Part shown: positions 53,085 through 64,000 of the stretch, piece after piece | Numbering within the stretch: the first letter of the stretch is position 1 | How the letters are laid out: each line of letters begins with the position of its first letter | Source: Macrostomum lignano | Taxonomy: Eukaryota | Reading direction: 5' to 3' | Assembly: GCA_002269645.1 (NCBI GenBank) | Contig: NIVC01001262.1 | Span: 62,969 to 126,968 of the forward strand | Length of the DNA stretch: 64,000 nucleotides | Made by a program: the position numbers and the translations under genes | The notes under the pieces: model-generated | What the model was told of the DNA's origin: nothing | Seen by the model: the letters and a program-made list of their open reading frames with translations, nothing else | The model's database searches: none

Positions 53085-53362
53085 TCTACAGTGATTCCTA
53101 GAAATGGGACTCCTACAGCGATTCCTAGAAATATGACTCAAAGCGATTCCTAGGACTCCTACAGCGATTCCTAGAAATGGGACTCTAGTATAGCGATTCC
53201 TAGAAATGGGACTCCTAGTACAGCGATTCCTAGAAATAGGACTCCTACAGCGATTCCTAGAAATAGGACTCCTACAGCGATTCCTAGAAATAGGACTCCT
53301 ACAGCGATTCCTAGAAATAGGACTCCTACAGCGATTCCTAGAAATAGGACTCCTACAGCGAT
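53085..53362. repeat. 27-nt minisatellite TTCCTAGAAATAGGACTCCTACAGCGA
   Basis: Visible. Confidence 0.92.
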
Positions 53363-53846
53363 TCCGAGAAATGGGATTTTAACAGCTATTCGTGCAAATG
53401 GGATTCTTAAAGCATTTCAAAAATTAATAATGTTAAATCGGTGGGTTAAACGTATTACGACTGAGTATCGCGAAAATCTTAGTTGATTAAAGTCCAAAAA
53501 ACAGCAAAAATCGGCTCTAATTTAACAAAAATGGCAGCACCAGCGCCGTGTATATTTAATATTCATGATTATGACTAAATCGCAGATACAAGCCGACTAC
53601 AACCCGGCCTTCGATAAAATGCTGTCACACCAGTACGACTTGAACATCTTTCCGTCTCAGAAAATTATCACTCAAGAAAAATGAACGCTAAAGACAGAAA
53701 GACCCGGCACCAAATGGAGGAAAGAAACGCAATTATAAGTTCTTGGTTCAAAGGATGTCAATAAAAATAATTTAAATTTATAAATACAGTGCCACACCTC
53801 CGATAATAAAGCTTTTTTGTGCCCAGTAATAAGTTTGAGCACCAAC

Positions 53847-54090
53847 TCTGATTGGTCAGGGTGGGTCAGACACATTCAGGCTGGAACAACTCTGACTGGT
53901 CAGGGTGGGTTAGACACATTCAGGCTGGAACAACTCTGATTGGTCAGGGTGGGTCAGACACATTCAGGCTGGAACAACTCTGATTGGTCAGGGTGGGTCA
54001 GACACATTCAGGCTGGAACAACTCTGATTGGTCAGGGTGGGTCAGACACATTCAGGCTGGAACAACTCTGATTGGTCAGGGTGGGTCAGA
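53847..54090. repeat. 44-nt minisatellite TGGTCAGGGTGGGTCAGACACATTCAGGCTGGAACAACTCTGAT
   Basis: About 5.5 copies. Confidence 0.93.
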
Positions 54091-54262
54091 CAGTCGCATT
54101 GCAGCAAGGCTCATTATAAAGCATGAAACAGTTGCAGCAAAAAGATGTCGAAAAGCAAAGCAGCTGAGTTTGAAAGAATGAAGAAGTTGGTCAATGTAAA
54201 AATAATTTCATAAAAGCGCCTTTTTGTGCTAGTTTTTTGCTTCTAAAAGTACACAAAAAGAA

Positions 54263-57200
54263 CTAATCGTAGCCACTAACGGCAATGCTGTCACCCTCTT
54301 GCTTTTCCCTCTGCTGCTGTTCTGGCTCCGACTTGTTCATGTGCTGCTGCGGCTTTATTAAGACATTCCATTTTGAAGTATTTTCCTCTGAAATAGACAA
54401 TCGAATGGATATTTTAAGTCAGCGAGCATGGGTTAAAGGATTTTAGGTCAAGTGGACATGGGTCGAAGGATTTTAGGTCGGGGAGCATGGGTCGAAGGAT
54501 TTTGGGTCGGGGAGCATGGGTCGAAGGATTTTGGGTCGGGGAGCATGGGTCGAAGGATTTTGGGTCGATTGGACATGGGTCTAAGGATTTAGGGTCGAGT
54601 AGACATGGGTCGAAGGATTTTGGGTCGGGGAGCATGGGTCGAAGGATTTTGGGTCGGGGAGCATGGGTCAAAAGATTTTGGGTCGGGGGACATGGGTCGA
54701 AGGATTTTGGGTCGGGGAGCATGGGTCGAATGATTTTGGGTCGGGGAGCATGGGTCGAAGGATTTTGGGTCGGGGAGCATGGGTCAAAGGATTCTGAGTC
54801 GCGCGTATGGGTGAAAGGATTCTGGGATAATCTACAAAACCCTGAATAAAAATGATGACAGGATAAGACAAAACAGTTCAATTTCCATGGGTCAAAGACC
54901 AAGTACCCACCTTTTGTCTTATTTTGCTTGGCCAGCAGCACGGTGATCCGAGCCAGAGTGCTCAGCAGAGCTCGCTCCTCTGCACCAGTTGACTCAGCCA
55001 CCGCGGGGACAGCAGTTGTCGATTTCCGCTGCTGAGGAGGACTCGAACCGTTGTGCACTTTTTTGCCGTTCCGTCGCAACTCAAACAGCAGGCGTTGGCG
55101 CTTCCGCTCCAGCGCGGCCAGCTCCTGCATGTCCAGGATGGCCCGGTCCCGAGCCAGCGTCTCCTGCACCAGCTGCTGGCCAAGCGAATTGGCGGCTGGG
55201 GAGCCGGCCGGCGTCTGCCGATCGCTGCGCAGGCGCTTCTTTGGTGGCAGCTGCGTCTGCAACAAAATCAAAGACTTGTCTTTCACCTTTGCCTGGGCTA
55301 CCGGCTACAGGCAGTTCCCCTGTGCCACTGATCCCCAGTCACTAAGTCACAGATCCCTTAGTCACTAAGTCACAGATCCCTCAGTCACTAAGTCACTGAT
55401 CCCCAGTCACTAAGTCACAGATCCCTCAGTCACTAAGTCACAGATCCCTCAGTCACTAAGTCACTGATCCCCAGTCACTAAGTCACTGATCCCTCAGTCA
55501 TTAAGTCACTGATCCCTCAGTCACTAAGTCACTGATCCCCAGTCATTAAGTCACTGATCCCCAGTCACTAAGTCACTAATCTTTAGTCATTAAGTCACTG
55601 ATCCCCAGTCACTAAGTCACTGATCCCCAGTCATTAAGTCACTGATCCCCAGTCACTAAGTCACTGATCCCCAGTCACTAAGTCACTGCACTGTGTGCCG
55701 CTGATTTCCAGCCAATAATTCCCTATCCTCAACACCTAGCCACTAGATTTCAAACTCGCAGGTACCCCTCCCCACTGGATGCAGTTAAATTGCAAAGTTT
55801 ATCAAATTAGTTCCTACCTCATCAAACTGCCTGGTTGTGCGCTCAGTTCCGGGCATCCGGACCAGATTGGCTGGAAGCAAAGAATATCCAAGATGGATGA
55901 ATTATTTGGGTTAAGAATTAAGCTGTGAAAAGGAGCTCATCTTAGCCTATACATCTCTATAGATTTTTCCAGGAGCCCAATCTTCTCCACTTGAGTTAAA
56001 TAAGAGCTATTTACAGAGTACAACAGAATAAAGCAATTACAAGCTAAAAATAGCTTATGAAACTAAGAAACTTCCAAAGCCCAGCCAATATGCTGATCAA
56101 TTTATTAGTATCGACAAAGCTACTTGAAGTAGTTTGGAATTTAACAAATGCACTCAGTTTGAAATACGACAGCCTTACACACAGAGGGATAACAAAAAAC
56201 TTTATAACCAATCAATTCAAATCCCTATTCGGGATATTATAAGCAAACTAGAGTGAAAAATAGAGAGATTTCGACAACGGGGCTACTCGGCCTCGTTGTG
56301 GCACTTTTTCTTCTGCTTCTTCTCGGCCTGATTGTCGTCCGCATTGGGCGGCTCGGTCTGCGGCTTCTCCTTGCCGGACTTGGGCCGCTTCTTGGCCGAC
56401 TTCCGCCCGGCCTCCACGCTGCCGCTGGCGTCCTGCGGCGGCGCTGGCTGACCGGCGGCCGAGAGATTAACGGAAGCGGACGTGGTGGCTGAGCCGGTGG
56501 CTGCTGCGGTTTCTTCAGCGGCATCGCTGAGGTCCAGGTCAATGAATGGAGCGTCTGTCAAAGCAGAATTTCAAGCGCTTGCACCGTATGCTATTGCATA
56601 GGGACCGATTTCCCCTGTTAATTAAGGCTTGGGATCGATTTCCCCTGTTAATTAGGGCTTGGGATCGATTTCCCCTGTTAATTAGGGCTTGGGGACCGAT
56701 TTCCCCTGTTAATTAGGGCTTGGGGACCGATTTCCCCTGTTAATTAGGGCTTGGGGATCGATTTCCCCTGTTAATTAGGGCTTAGGATCGATTTCCCCTG
56801 TTAATTAGGGCTTGGGGACCGATTTCCCCTGTTAATTAGGGCTTGGGGATCGATTTCCCCTGTTAATTAGGGCTTAGGACCGATTTCCCCTGTTAATTAG
56901 GGCTTGGGGACCGATTTCCCCTGTTAATTAGGGCTTGGGGACCGATTTCCCCTGTTAATTAGGGCTTGGGGACCGATTTCCCCTGTTAATTAGGGCTTAG
57001 GATCGATTTACCCTGTTAATTAGGGCTTGGGGATCGATTTCCCCTGTTAATTAGGGCTTAGGATCGATTTCCCCTGTTAATTAGGGCTTGGGGACCGATT
57101 TCCCCTGTTAATTAGGGCTTAGGATCGATTTACCCTGTTAATTAGGGCTTAGGATAGATTTCCCGTGTTAATTAGGCTTTGGGATCGATTGAGGATCGAT

Positions 57201-58446
57201 ATATTGAGAAGGGCATCAAGTCAGGATTGATTTCGCTCACCCAAAGTGGTTTCCAAATCTTGATTCTCCACATCTTCATCGCCGTCCGCGTCGGTCTCTG
57301 CCGCAGTCAGCAGCCGCCTGAAGTCGTCCGGCTGCACCGATTTCCAGCTGGTGTGCGGCGGCCGGTCCTCGATGACGCAGGCGGCCATGGCGGCCAGACG
57401 CAGCAGGAGGTCCCTGGTCGGCGCGGGCGTGCCCGGCATTCTGGCATAGCCAATCAGCTGGCGCAGCAAGCTGGCATAGTTGACGCGGTGAGCCAAGAAG
57501 CCGTGCTTGGTGAGGGCGAGGCCGATGTCGGCGCCAGTGAGCCGGGCTGGGTTGCCGCTGCTCAGCTCCGTGCGAATCTTACTCAGCGGATAGTACTGGC
57601 AGTAGTAGTGCTCGAATACGCACCTAACAACGTGCTCGGACAGTGGCGAACCGGCGGGCAGGCCGGCCACCAGACGGACAAAAAGGTCAGCGAAGGCCGG
57701 ATGAAGTCCCTTGACGTAGGCGAACCGGCCCACGTACTCGTGCAGCAGCGTGACCAGCAGGCAGCGGAACTCCAGCGCCGAGTCGCTGCAGGCACGGAGA
57801 GAAGAGTGAAACCAGTGTGCGCTGGCGTACGAATGGCAGTGCAGTGACCTCTCTACATCACTACCCCTATCTTAAGGCACTTCCAGCACCCTTATTTTAT
57901 TAAAACCCTGTCAATTGGCCGAGAATCGAACCTGTCCTCCTCGAATCCAGCAGGGCAGTCAGTGCCGCCGAGCAGAAGGCCGTCCACCCAGAGGTCGCCG
58001 AGGCGGCCAACTCTCTTAGCAACAGTCGCTGCAGTCGCGTCAACTTCGCTCGGCTGTTTCTGCCGGCGCCGTTTGCGGCGTTGCCCGGAGCAGCAGATCC
58101 AGTAGAGGCTGCAGCTGACTGCCAGTTCCAGCAGCACGCTGGAGCGCTCGCGCCACGAGTTGGCGCGGCTCGGCCAGGCGGACGCCAGCTGAACGAATCC
58201 GGCGCGCAGAAACTGGAACTGGCGGCGGCCCTTGGCGGCCACCCGCTTGATGGTCGCGGCGGCCGAATCCAGGGCGCGAGTTCGCTGCTGACCGGCCTGA
58301 GCTGACAGCTCGGCAAAGGCGGAGATGAAGCCAGACCAGGAGGCGGCCAGCTCCGCTTCCGATGGCAGCTCAGTGGGCTGGGCGTCCCGAAAGCCAGCGA
58401 GCCGCCGCTGGCACTCGGCCAGGGATGCCAGACGGGCGTCCAGAGA
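54263..58446 (-). CDS. Uncharacterised multi-exon protein (helical N-part, acidic/basic low-complexity C-part); 5' end not located
   Basis: Phase-compatible exons 57932-58446, 57241-57785, 56453-56554 (or read-through to a stop at 56283), 55818-55870, 54911-55256 and 54263-54387. GC-rich coding-like sequence; no recognised domain. Confidence 0.65.
54422..54790. repeat. 29-nt intronic minisatellite GGGAGCATGGGTCGAAGGATTTTGGGTCG
   Basis: Visible. Confidence 0.93.
55325..55687. repeat. 22-nt intronic minisatellite CAGTCACTAAGTCACTGATCCC
   Basis: Visible. Confidence 0.93.
56600..57185. repeat. 31-nt intronic minisatellite CGATTTCCCCTGTTAATTAGGGCTTGGGGAC
   Basis: Fills intron 56555-57240. Confidence 0.95.
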
Positions 58447-58574
58447 CTGAAGTCAGCGAGGATTTGGATTGCCGCTATTGGAAACAGGAGAAGCAGGAGT
58501 TCTGTATCATACTAGTGATGCCTCTTTGAGTCAGCAGTACATTGCACTGAGTATTAGGAACCCCTGACACCCTT

Positions 58575-59600
58575 TAGTCTTGCACTACAGTAGCCTGAGC
58601 ACCCCTTAGTTCTGCACTACAGTAGCCTGAGCACTCCTTAGTTCTGCACTACAGTAGCCTGAGCACCCCTTAGTTCTGCACTACAGTAGCCTGAGCACCC
58701 CTTAGTCTTGCACTACAGTAGCCTGAGCACCCCTTAGTCTTGCACTACAGTAGCCTGAGCACCCCTAGTCTTGCACTACAGTAGCCTGAGCACCCCCTAG
58801 TCTTACACTACAGTAGCCTGAGCACCCCTAGTCTTGCACTACAGTAGCCTGAGCACCCCTTAGTCTTGCACTACAGTAGCCTGAGCACCCCTTAGTCTTG
58901 CACTACAGTAGCCTGAGCACCCCTTAGTCTTGCGCTACAGTAGCCTGAGCACCCCTTAGTCTTGCACTACAGTAGCCTGAACACCCCTTAGTCTTGCACT
59001 ACAGTAGCCTGAGCACCCCTTAGTCTTGCGCTACAGTAGCCTGAGCACCCTTAGTCTTGCACTACAGTAGCCTGAGCACCCCTTAGTTCTGCACTACAGT
59101 AGCCTGAGCACCCCTTAGTCTTGCACTACAGTAGCCTGAGCACCCCTTAGTCTTGCGCTACAGTAGCCTGAGCACCCCTTAGTCTTGCACTACAGTAGCC
59201 TGAGCACCCCTTAGTCTTGCACTACAGTAGCCTGAGCACCCCTTAGTCTTGCGCTACAGTAGCCTGAGCACCCCTTAGTCTTGCACTACAGTAGCCTGAG
59301 CACCCCTTAGTTCTGCACTACAGTAGCCTGAGCACCCCTTAGTCTTGCGCTACAGTAGCCTGAGCACCCCTTAGTCTTGCACTACAGTAGCCTGAGCACC
59401 CTTAGTCTTGCACTACAGTAGCCTGAGCACCCCTTAGTTCTGCACTACAGTAGCCTGAGCACCCCTTAGTTCTGCACTACAGTAGCCTGAGCACCCCTTA
59501 GTCTTGCACTACAGTAGCCTGAGCACCCCTTAGTTCTGCACTACAGTAGCCTGAGCACCCCTTAGTTCTAGCCTGAGCACCCCTTAGTCTTGCACTACAA
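58575..59600. repeat. 32-nt minisatellite TAGTCTTGCACTACAGTAGCCTGAGCACCCCT
   Basis: About 32 copies. Confidence 0.96.
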
Positions 59601-60374
59601 TAGCACCCGCCCAAATACTCAATTTACCTTACGATAAAGAAATAATTCACAATAAGGAAATGAAGACCAGACTCCTTATTACTCAGTCACTGCGATCGCA
59701 TATCAGTTCCGTAGTCACGCCAGTCCAGTCCATAAAAATGATTAATTATGACAATGAAGCTGGGAACAGGTGTGAAACAAAGCACAATAATAAAATGCTC
59801 AAACGGCTAAGGCTGCAAACATACGGCCAAAATATAAGCAAGTGTGCACTCGCACTGATTCTGTTGGCATACTAGAAATCGAACAACAAGTCAATAGAAT
59901 TAGATAATAAATTAAAAAGCAGAACATAACCAGTTTATAAGTGTCAGTGCAGCATGGCGGATGGTTTAGGGCGCACGTACAATATGGCTAAACTACAATA
60001 TCAGCAGAGAATGCCCGCAGGGAGTTTAGATAGCAGATTGATAAACTCGCGCATTGTCTAAACTACTATGAGTAATATTATAAAATAAAGCAATGAAACC
60101 TTAATTTAATAATAAGTGTAAATTAGGCATTTACAATAGTCTGCGAAAAAACATAGGCATTTCAGGCTACGAAGAACAAGAGATAGAAGGAAGCTGGTCA
60201 ATCTCGAAGAGCGGAACGCAGTTGGCCTCATCATAAATGCCGAAATATTACATTCCCAGCTCGCCAGGTAGCCAAGCGAACTGTTGAATTTCAATCTGAA
60301 AAAATGTTCGTCTTTTATTGAAAGATTATACTTTGAATTCATGAAATAAGAGCACAAGTGAAAGTATTGCTTGG

Positions 60375-60650
60375 CATATCTGCACTTCAGTATGTGCCAG
60401 CGGCCCAGGTGCCGTCACATTACTTTAGGCTAAATTGGAAGTCCGCCTTGTGTCTTCTCGTTCAATTAACGTTCTTGAGGACCAATCCGCAAGGCGCAGT
60501 GAAGTGTACATGCCTACCGATACATAAAGTTTAGGGCCGCTGTACACTCCTGTGTGAGTGTGTGCCTGTGCGTATGACTGCGTACGTATCCGCGCGCTTG
60601 TGTGACATGCTCAAGGGAATCGGCGGAATGGGCAGCTCCCTGCCTCTAAT
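60375..60650 (+). mobile_element. Diverged copy of the 41872-42245 SINE
   Basis: CAAGGCGCAGTGAAGTGTACATGCCTA...GGGCCGCTGTACACTCCTGTGTGAGTGTGTGCCTG...GGCGGAATGGGCAG matches the reverse complement of 41970-42095. Confidence 0.8.
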
Positions 60651-60831
60651 TAGAACTAACTGAACTTTTAAATAACATGCTGTAGCATGGGATGACAGTT
60701 GATATTTCTGATGGCAGATAAAAGGCTGAAACCAAGCATGTGAGCAGCAGAATTCACTCACCTCATTCCCCAACCGTATGCTGCCACAGAAAGTCCCGCA
60801 GCGCTGCAGACAGGCCACACACCGACTCGGG

Positions 60832-62713
60832 TCAAACGCGATTCTGCGGCGACTTCTTGGAGGCCGGCGACTTCTTGGAGCCTGGCGACTTCTTGGAGCC
60901 TGGCGAGCGCAGCCTCAGCGAGGAGCCCAAGCCACTCGACTTCTTCAAAATCGACCGCTCCGGCGTTTTATCGTCACCCGAAGCCGTCGGCGTAACAACC
61001 CGGTCCTTCTTGTTGAATCGCTTGCGAAATATCTTGCCAAATGTTACGGAACGATTCTGTTTTCCCTCGCTGTCGCAGTCAGCACTCTGGGGCGTGGACA
61101 GAAGCAGCTGCTGCTTCGGCGTTGCGGACTGCGATGCCGGGGTGACGCTGCAGTCCGCTGACACTGCGGGCGACATGCGCGCGCGCTTAGCTGATGGCGG
61201 CGTACTGCTGCCCGCACCGGGAGCCGTCAAAGGCGACAAAGACGGCTGCTTGCGCTTGCCACCGGCTGGGGACTCCGGCTTGACAGAGTCCTTGGGAGAC
61301 TTCGAGGTGGCGGGCGATTTCTCTTTGGCCAAGCCCTGAGGTGATTTTTTATTATTTGAGACCTGGGGCGATTGCTGGACAGCAGGCGATTTTTCTTTGG
61401 CTTTGGCCGGGGCTGGGCCTTTTGGCGATTTTTTTATGACAGGCGACTTCTCTTTGGCTGAAACTTCAGGCGCTCCTTGGATGGCGGGCGATTTCTCATT
61501 GGATTTTGGCGACTGCCCAGACTGCTTGGCAGTTCTTGGGCTTTGGGGGGACTTGGCCACTCCAGGCTGCGCTTCAATGCTGGCACCCTGAGGTGAAGCG
61601 CCAGCAGCAATGGCTTTCTTTTTGCCAAAGCCAATGAAGACTTGGCGCCTCCAACAGTCTGCTTTTGCTTGGCCAAAGCTTTCGGGGTCTTGACCTTGGC
61701 CAGCTTAGCGCCTGACGCTGGTGCACTGGGCTGCGTATTCGAACTCCCTGCTTGGCCGTCCTCAACTAGACGTTTTGCTTTCTTTTTTTTTCTCCGCTTG
61801 TTCTCCTGTTTAATGAGGCGGGCAACCGCCGCTGTGATTTCCTCCTTGCCCAGGGTCGGTCCGGCGGGCACCAGGCCCTCCGGTCCAACATTGCCGCTCA
61901 GAATATTTCTAAACGTCTTGTACCAGTGAAACAGTCGCTTTCGATTGGGGCTTTTCACGCTGGGATCTGATCCCAGGGCAAAGAGGCACTTGCACAGCTC
62001 CTCCATGTCGATGTCAACTAAGCAGACTTCCGACTCAACCGAGTCCTGCTGCGCGGACTCCGCCTGGTAGAGTGCCTGATCGGCCAGATACTGCAGCACC
62101 GCCTGCTCAACCTTGTCCACCACGTGGTGCTTGTGCATCCCGGACGCCACAATATCGATGAAGGGTCGCAAAATTGCCAGCACAGCATCTGGACCGGCGG
62201 TGGTGATGCTGAGCTCCTCGCAAACAATGTCAGCCAAGTGCAGCTTCAGGCCGTTGCTAGGCTGGTTGAAATCGGCATTAACAACGCTGTCCCTGAGGAT
62301 TTGAACGAACTGGCTGACCAGTTCGCTGCTCCATTCGTTGGACTGCAAAAACGCCAGGGAGGCTTTGAGGAAGCGACGCACGAGCATCATGAACTTGTCC
62401 GCGCGCCAGAAGTCGATTGAAGACCATTCTCTGGCTTCTGTCTCGAATAGCGCTTTAATAAAGTTCAACTTGTTCTTTGGACTGGATATCGCACCCAGAA
62501 GAGAGCAGATCATGTCTACAATGTCCTCGTGCTTAATTGGCTGGTCCTGCATCCACAGCATGTAGTGCAGGCCTTTCATTATGAGCATCATGTTATCAAA
62601 TGATACTGCCTCTGCACCAGAAAGAAGCTTCTTTGCCCTAAGAAGCCCTTGATTCGGACTGGCTCCTCACTAGCAGCCAGCTTCTTGCAGACCAATTTAA
62701 TCTGCTCAAGCAT
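60832..62713 (-). CDS. RRP1: RRP1/Nop52-family nucleolar protein (RRP1B-like), with two apparent 1-nt frameshifts (~62643 and ~61620)
   Basis: KKLAASEE...MKGLHYMLWMQDQP...ETEAREWSSIDFWRADKFMMLVRR (Nop52 domain), then a Lys/Ser-Pro-rich tail with RSVTF and SILK motifs. ATG at 62713 follows a cag acceptor. Confidence 0.88.
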
Positions 62714-63838
62714 CTGCAGCAAAAAGAAAAATAAATATATTTTTATAGTGGAGTGACAGACATTAATATCCAAATATTATTGTTTACATTTAAATTTTGA
62801 AATCAACATTCATAAGCACAAAAACCTTAGTATATATAACAAAAATTCAGAAACAATTAAAATATAAGATAAATTGGTTATATTGTCTTGTTTCAAAATG
62901 AAAAGCTACAAACTAGTCATAAAGATAGCAATAATATTTTAGAAAATTATCAGAAATACTTTTCTTTATACTAACTTTATACTTAAAATTTAGGTAACAA
63001 ATTCTTTATGATAAAACACATATTATTCTATAGTTTAGATTTCAATCATTTAATGTTTGACAATAGGTTTTAGGTTGATTAAAATTAAGGATACTTATGA
63101 GCTAAAAGAAACAACCTCATTAGAAAATCATAAATCTTAAGAATATTACTGTTTTTTTACTAATAGGCAATAATGGACCTCTAGTATTATTTATTATTAG
63201 CAAATGTATTAGCCAATATGCTATTTTATGCTTTAGGGTATATAGCTACCATAACTAAATCACTTTGCTTAAATATGATTTATCTAACACTTTAAAGTAT
63301 CTACAATAAAACATTTTGCCTAAATTTTTTTATTCATTTAATATAATAATAGATTTCAAAAAAATATTGGAATAAACTTTATAAAAGACAATATAAGCTT
63401 TTTAGGTAAGACAAAAGTCTATAAGCATTAAATAGAAACCACTATTTATAATGGAAAATTTTTAACTTGAATGTTAACTAATTAGTACAACTAGAAACTT
63501 ATTCTAAAAAGCTAATAAATATTAAAAAGGGTAAAAATACTAAAGAGTTAAAAAAAGGCTTAAAAATGCTTATTATAATAGCTTATTTCTATAGCTAATC
63601 TATGTCACTAAATAAATCAAAACTAGTTTTTCCTTTTTTATAAAAAATATTCAGGTCAAAGATTATATATAAGCTATCTTGAATTGAAACTAAACCTAGG
63701 TCTTAAATATGATTTCATATCCTACTTTTAGTCAACCATATTCTATGGCCTAAAAAGAAAAAACTATAATGAATAATAATAATATTATTATATATACAGG
63801 GTGCCCACATATTTTGAGAAAGTAAAATAAAGGAGACT

Positions 63839-64000
63839 CACACATGCGCAACAGTTGGCCGAGTTGGCCGATCCGGCTGACCAATTTGGTGGCCAACCAA
63901 GGAAGTTGCAAAAAATGACCACCCGAAAAATACCAGTGTAGTAGTACTAAGTAGCTGACAAGGCATTTTGACTTAATAAGACAGTTATAGTTATTCCTGC
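63839..64000. mobile_element. Second, decayed copy of the hAT MITE (truncated by the window end)
   Basis: Matches the reverse complement of ~48625-48786, starting CACACATGCGCAAC. Confidence 0.9.

Noticed and set aside
63795-63838. TA-CAGGGTGCCC as a Tc1/mariner terminus
   Set aside because: Only a short motif with no partner TIR within the window.

Overview
Eukaryotic (metazoan) genomic DNA with GC-rich exons, GT-AG introns and a very high load of tandem repeats. This style, plus the neuropeptide type, suggests a free-living flatworm such as Macrostomum (inference, not proven). Gene models were built by hand with consistent splice phases. (1) A 10-exon ERG/KCNH2-family K+ channel on the minus strand (1210-16054, about 906 aa): no PAS domain found in the window, a natural Thr at the hERG S620 position and Ser at the Y652 position. 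(2) A 2-exon secreted neuropeptide precursor (32960-34568, minus) encoding 11x ARGFLamide and 1x SRGFLamide. (3) A signal peptide + PAN/apple-like + F-type lectin gene (40622-47729, plus), split by an intact, young 4.3 kb Ty3/Gypsy LTR retrotransposon (185 bp LTRs differing at 1 site, 5 bp TSD). (4) MGST3 (51254-52961, minus). (5) An unrecognised multi-exon gene (54263-58446, minus). (6) An RRP1/Nop52-family gene with C-terminal PP1-docking motifs and two probable 1-nt sequence errors (60832-62713, minus). Mobile DNA also includes a deleted piggyBac element, tRNA-derived SINEs, a hAT-type MITE with an 8 bp TSD, and a possible Helentron-like element. Most introns carry their own unrelated minisatellite abutting the splice sites. 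The last 1.2 kb is an AT-rich zone essentially free of CpG, followed by a MITE copy showing directional C-to-T decay. Long repeat-encoded ORFs in the supplied track are artefacts, except the ARGFLGKR repeat. Repeat boundaries are approximate.
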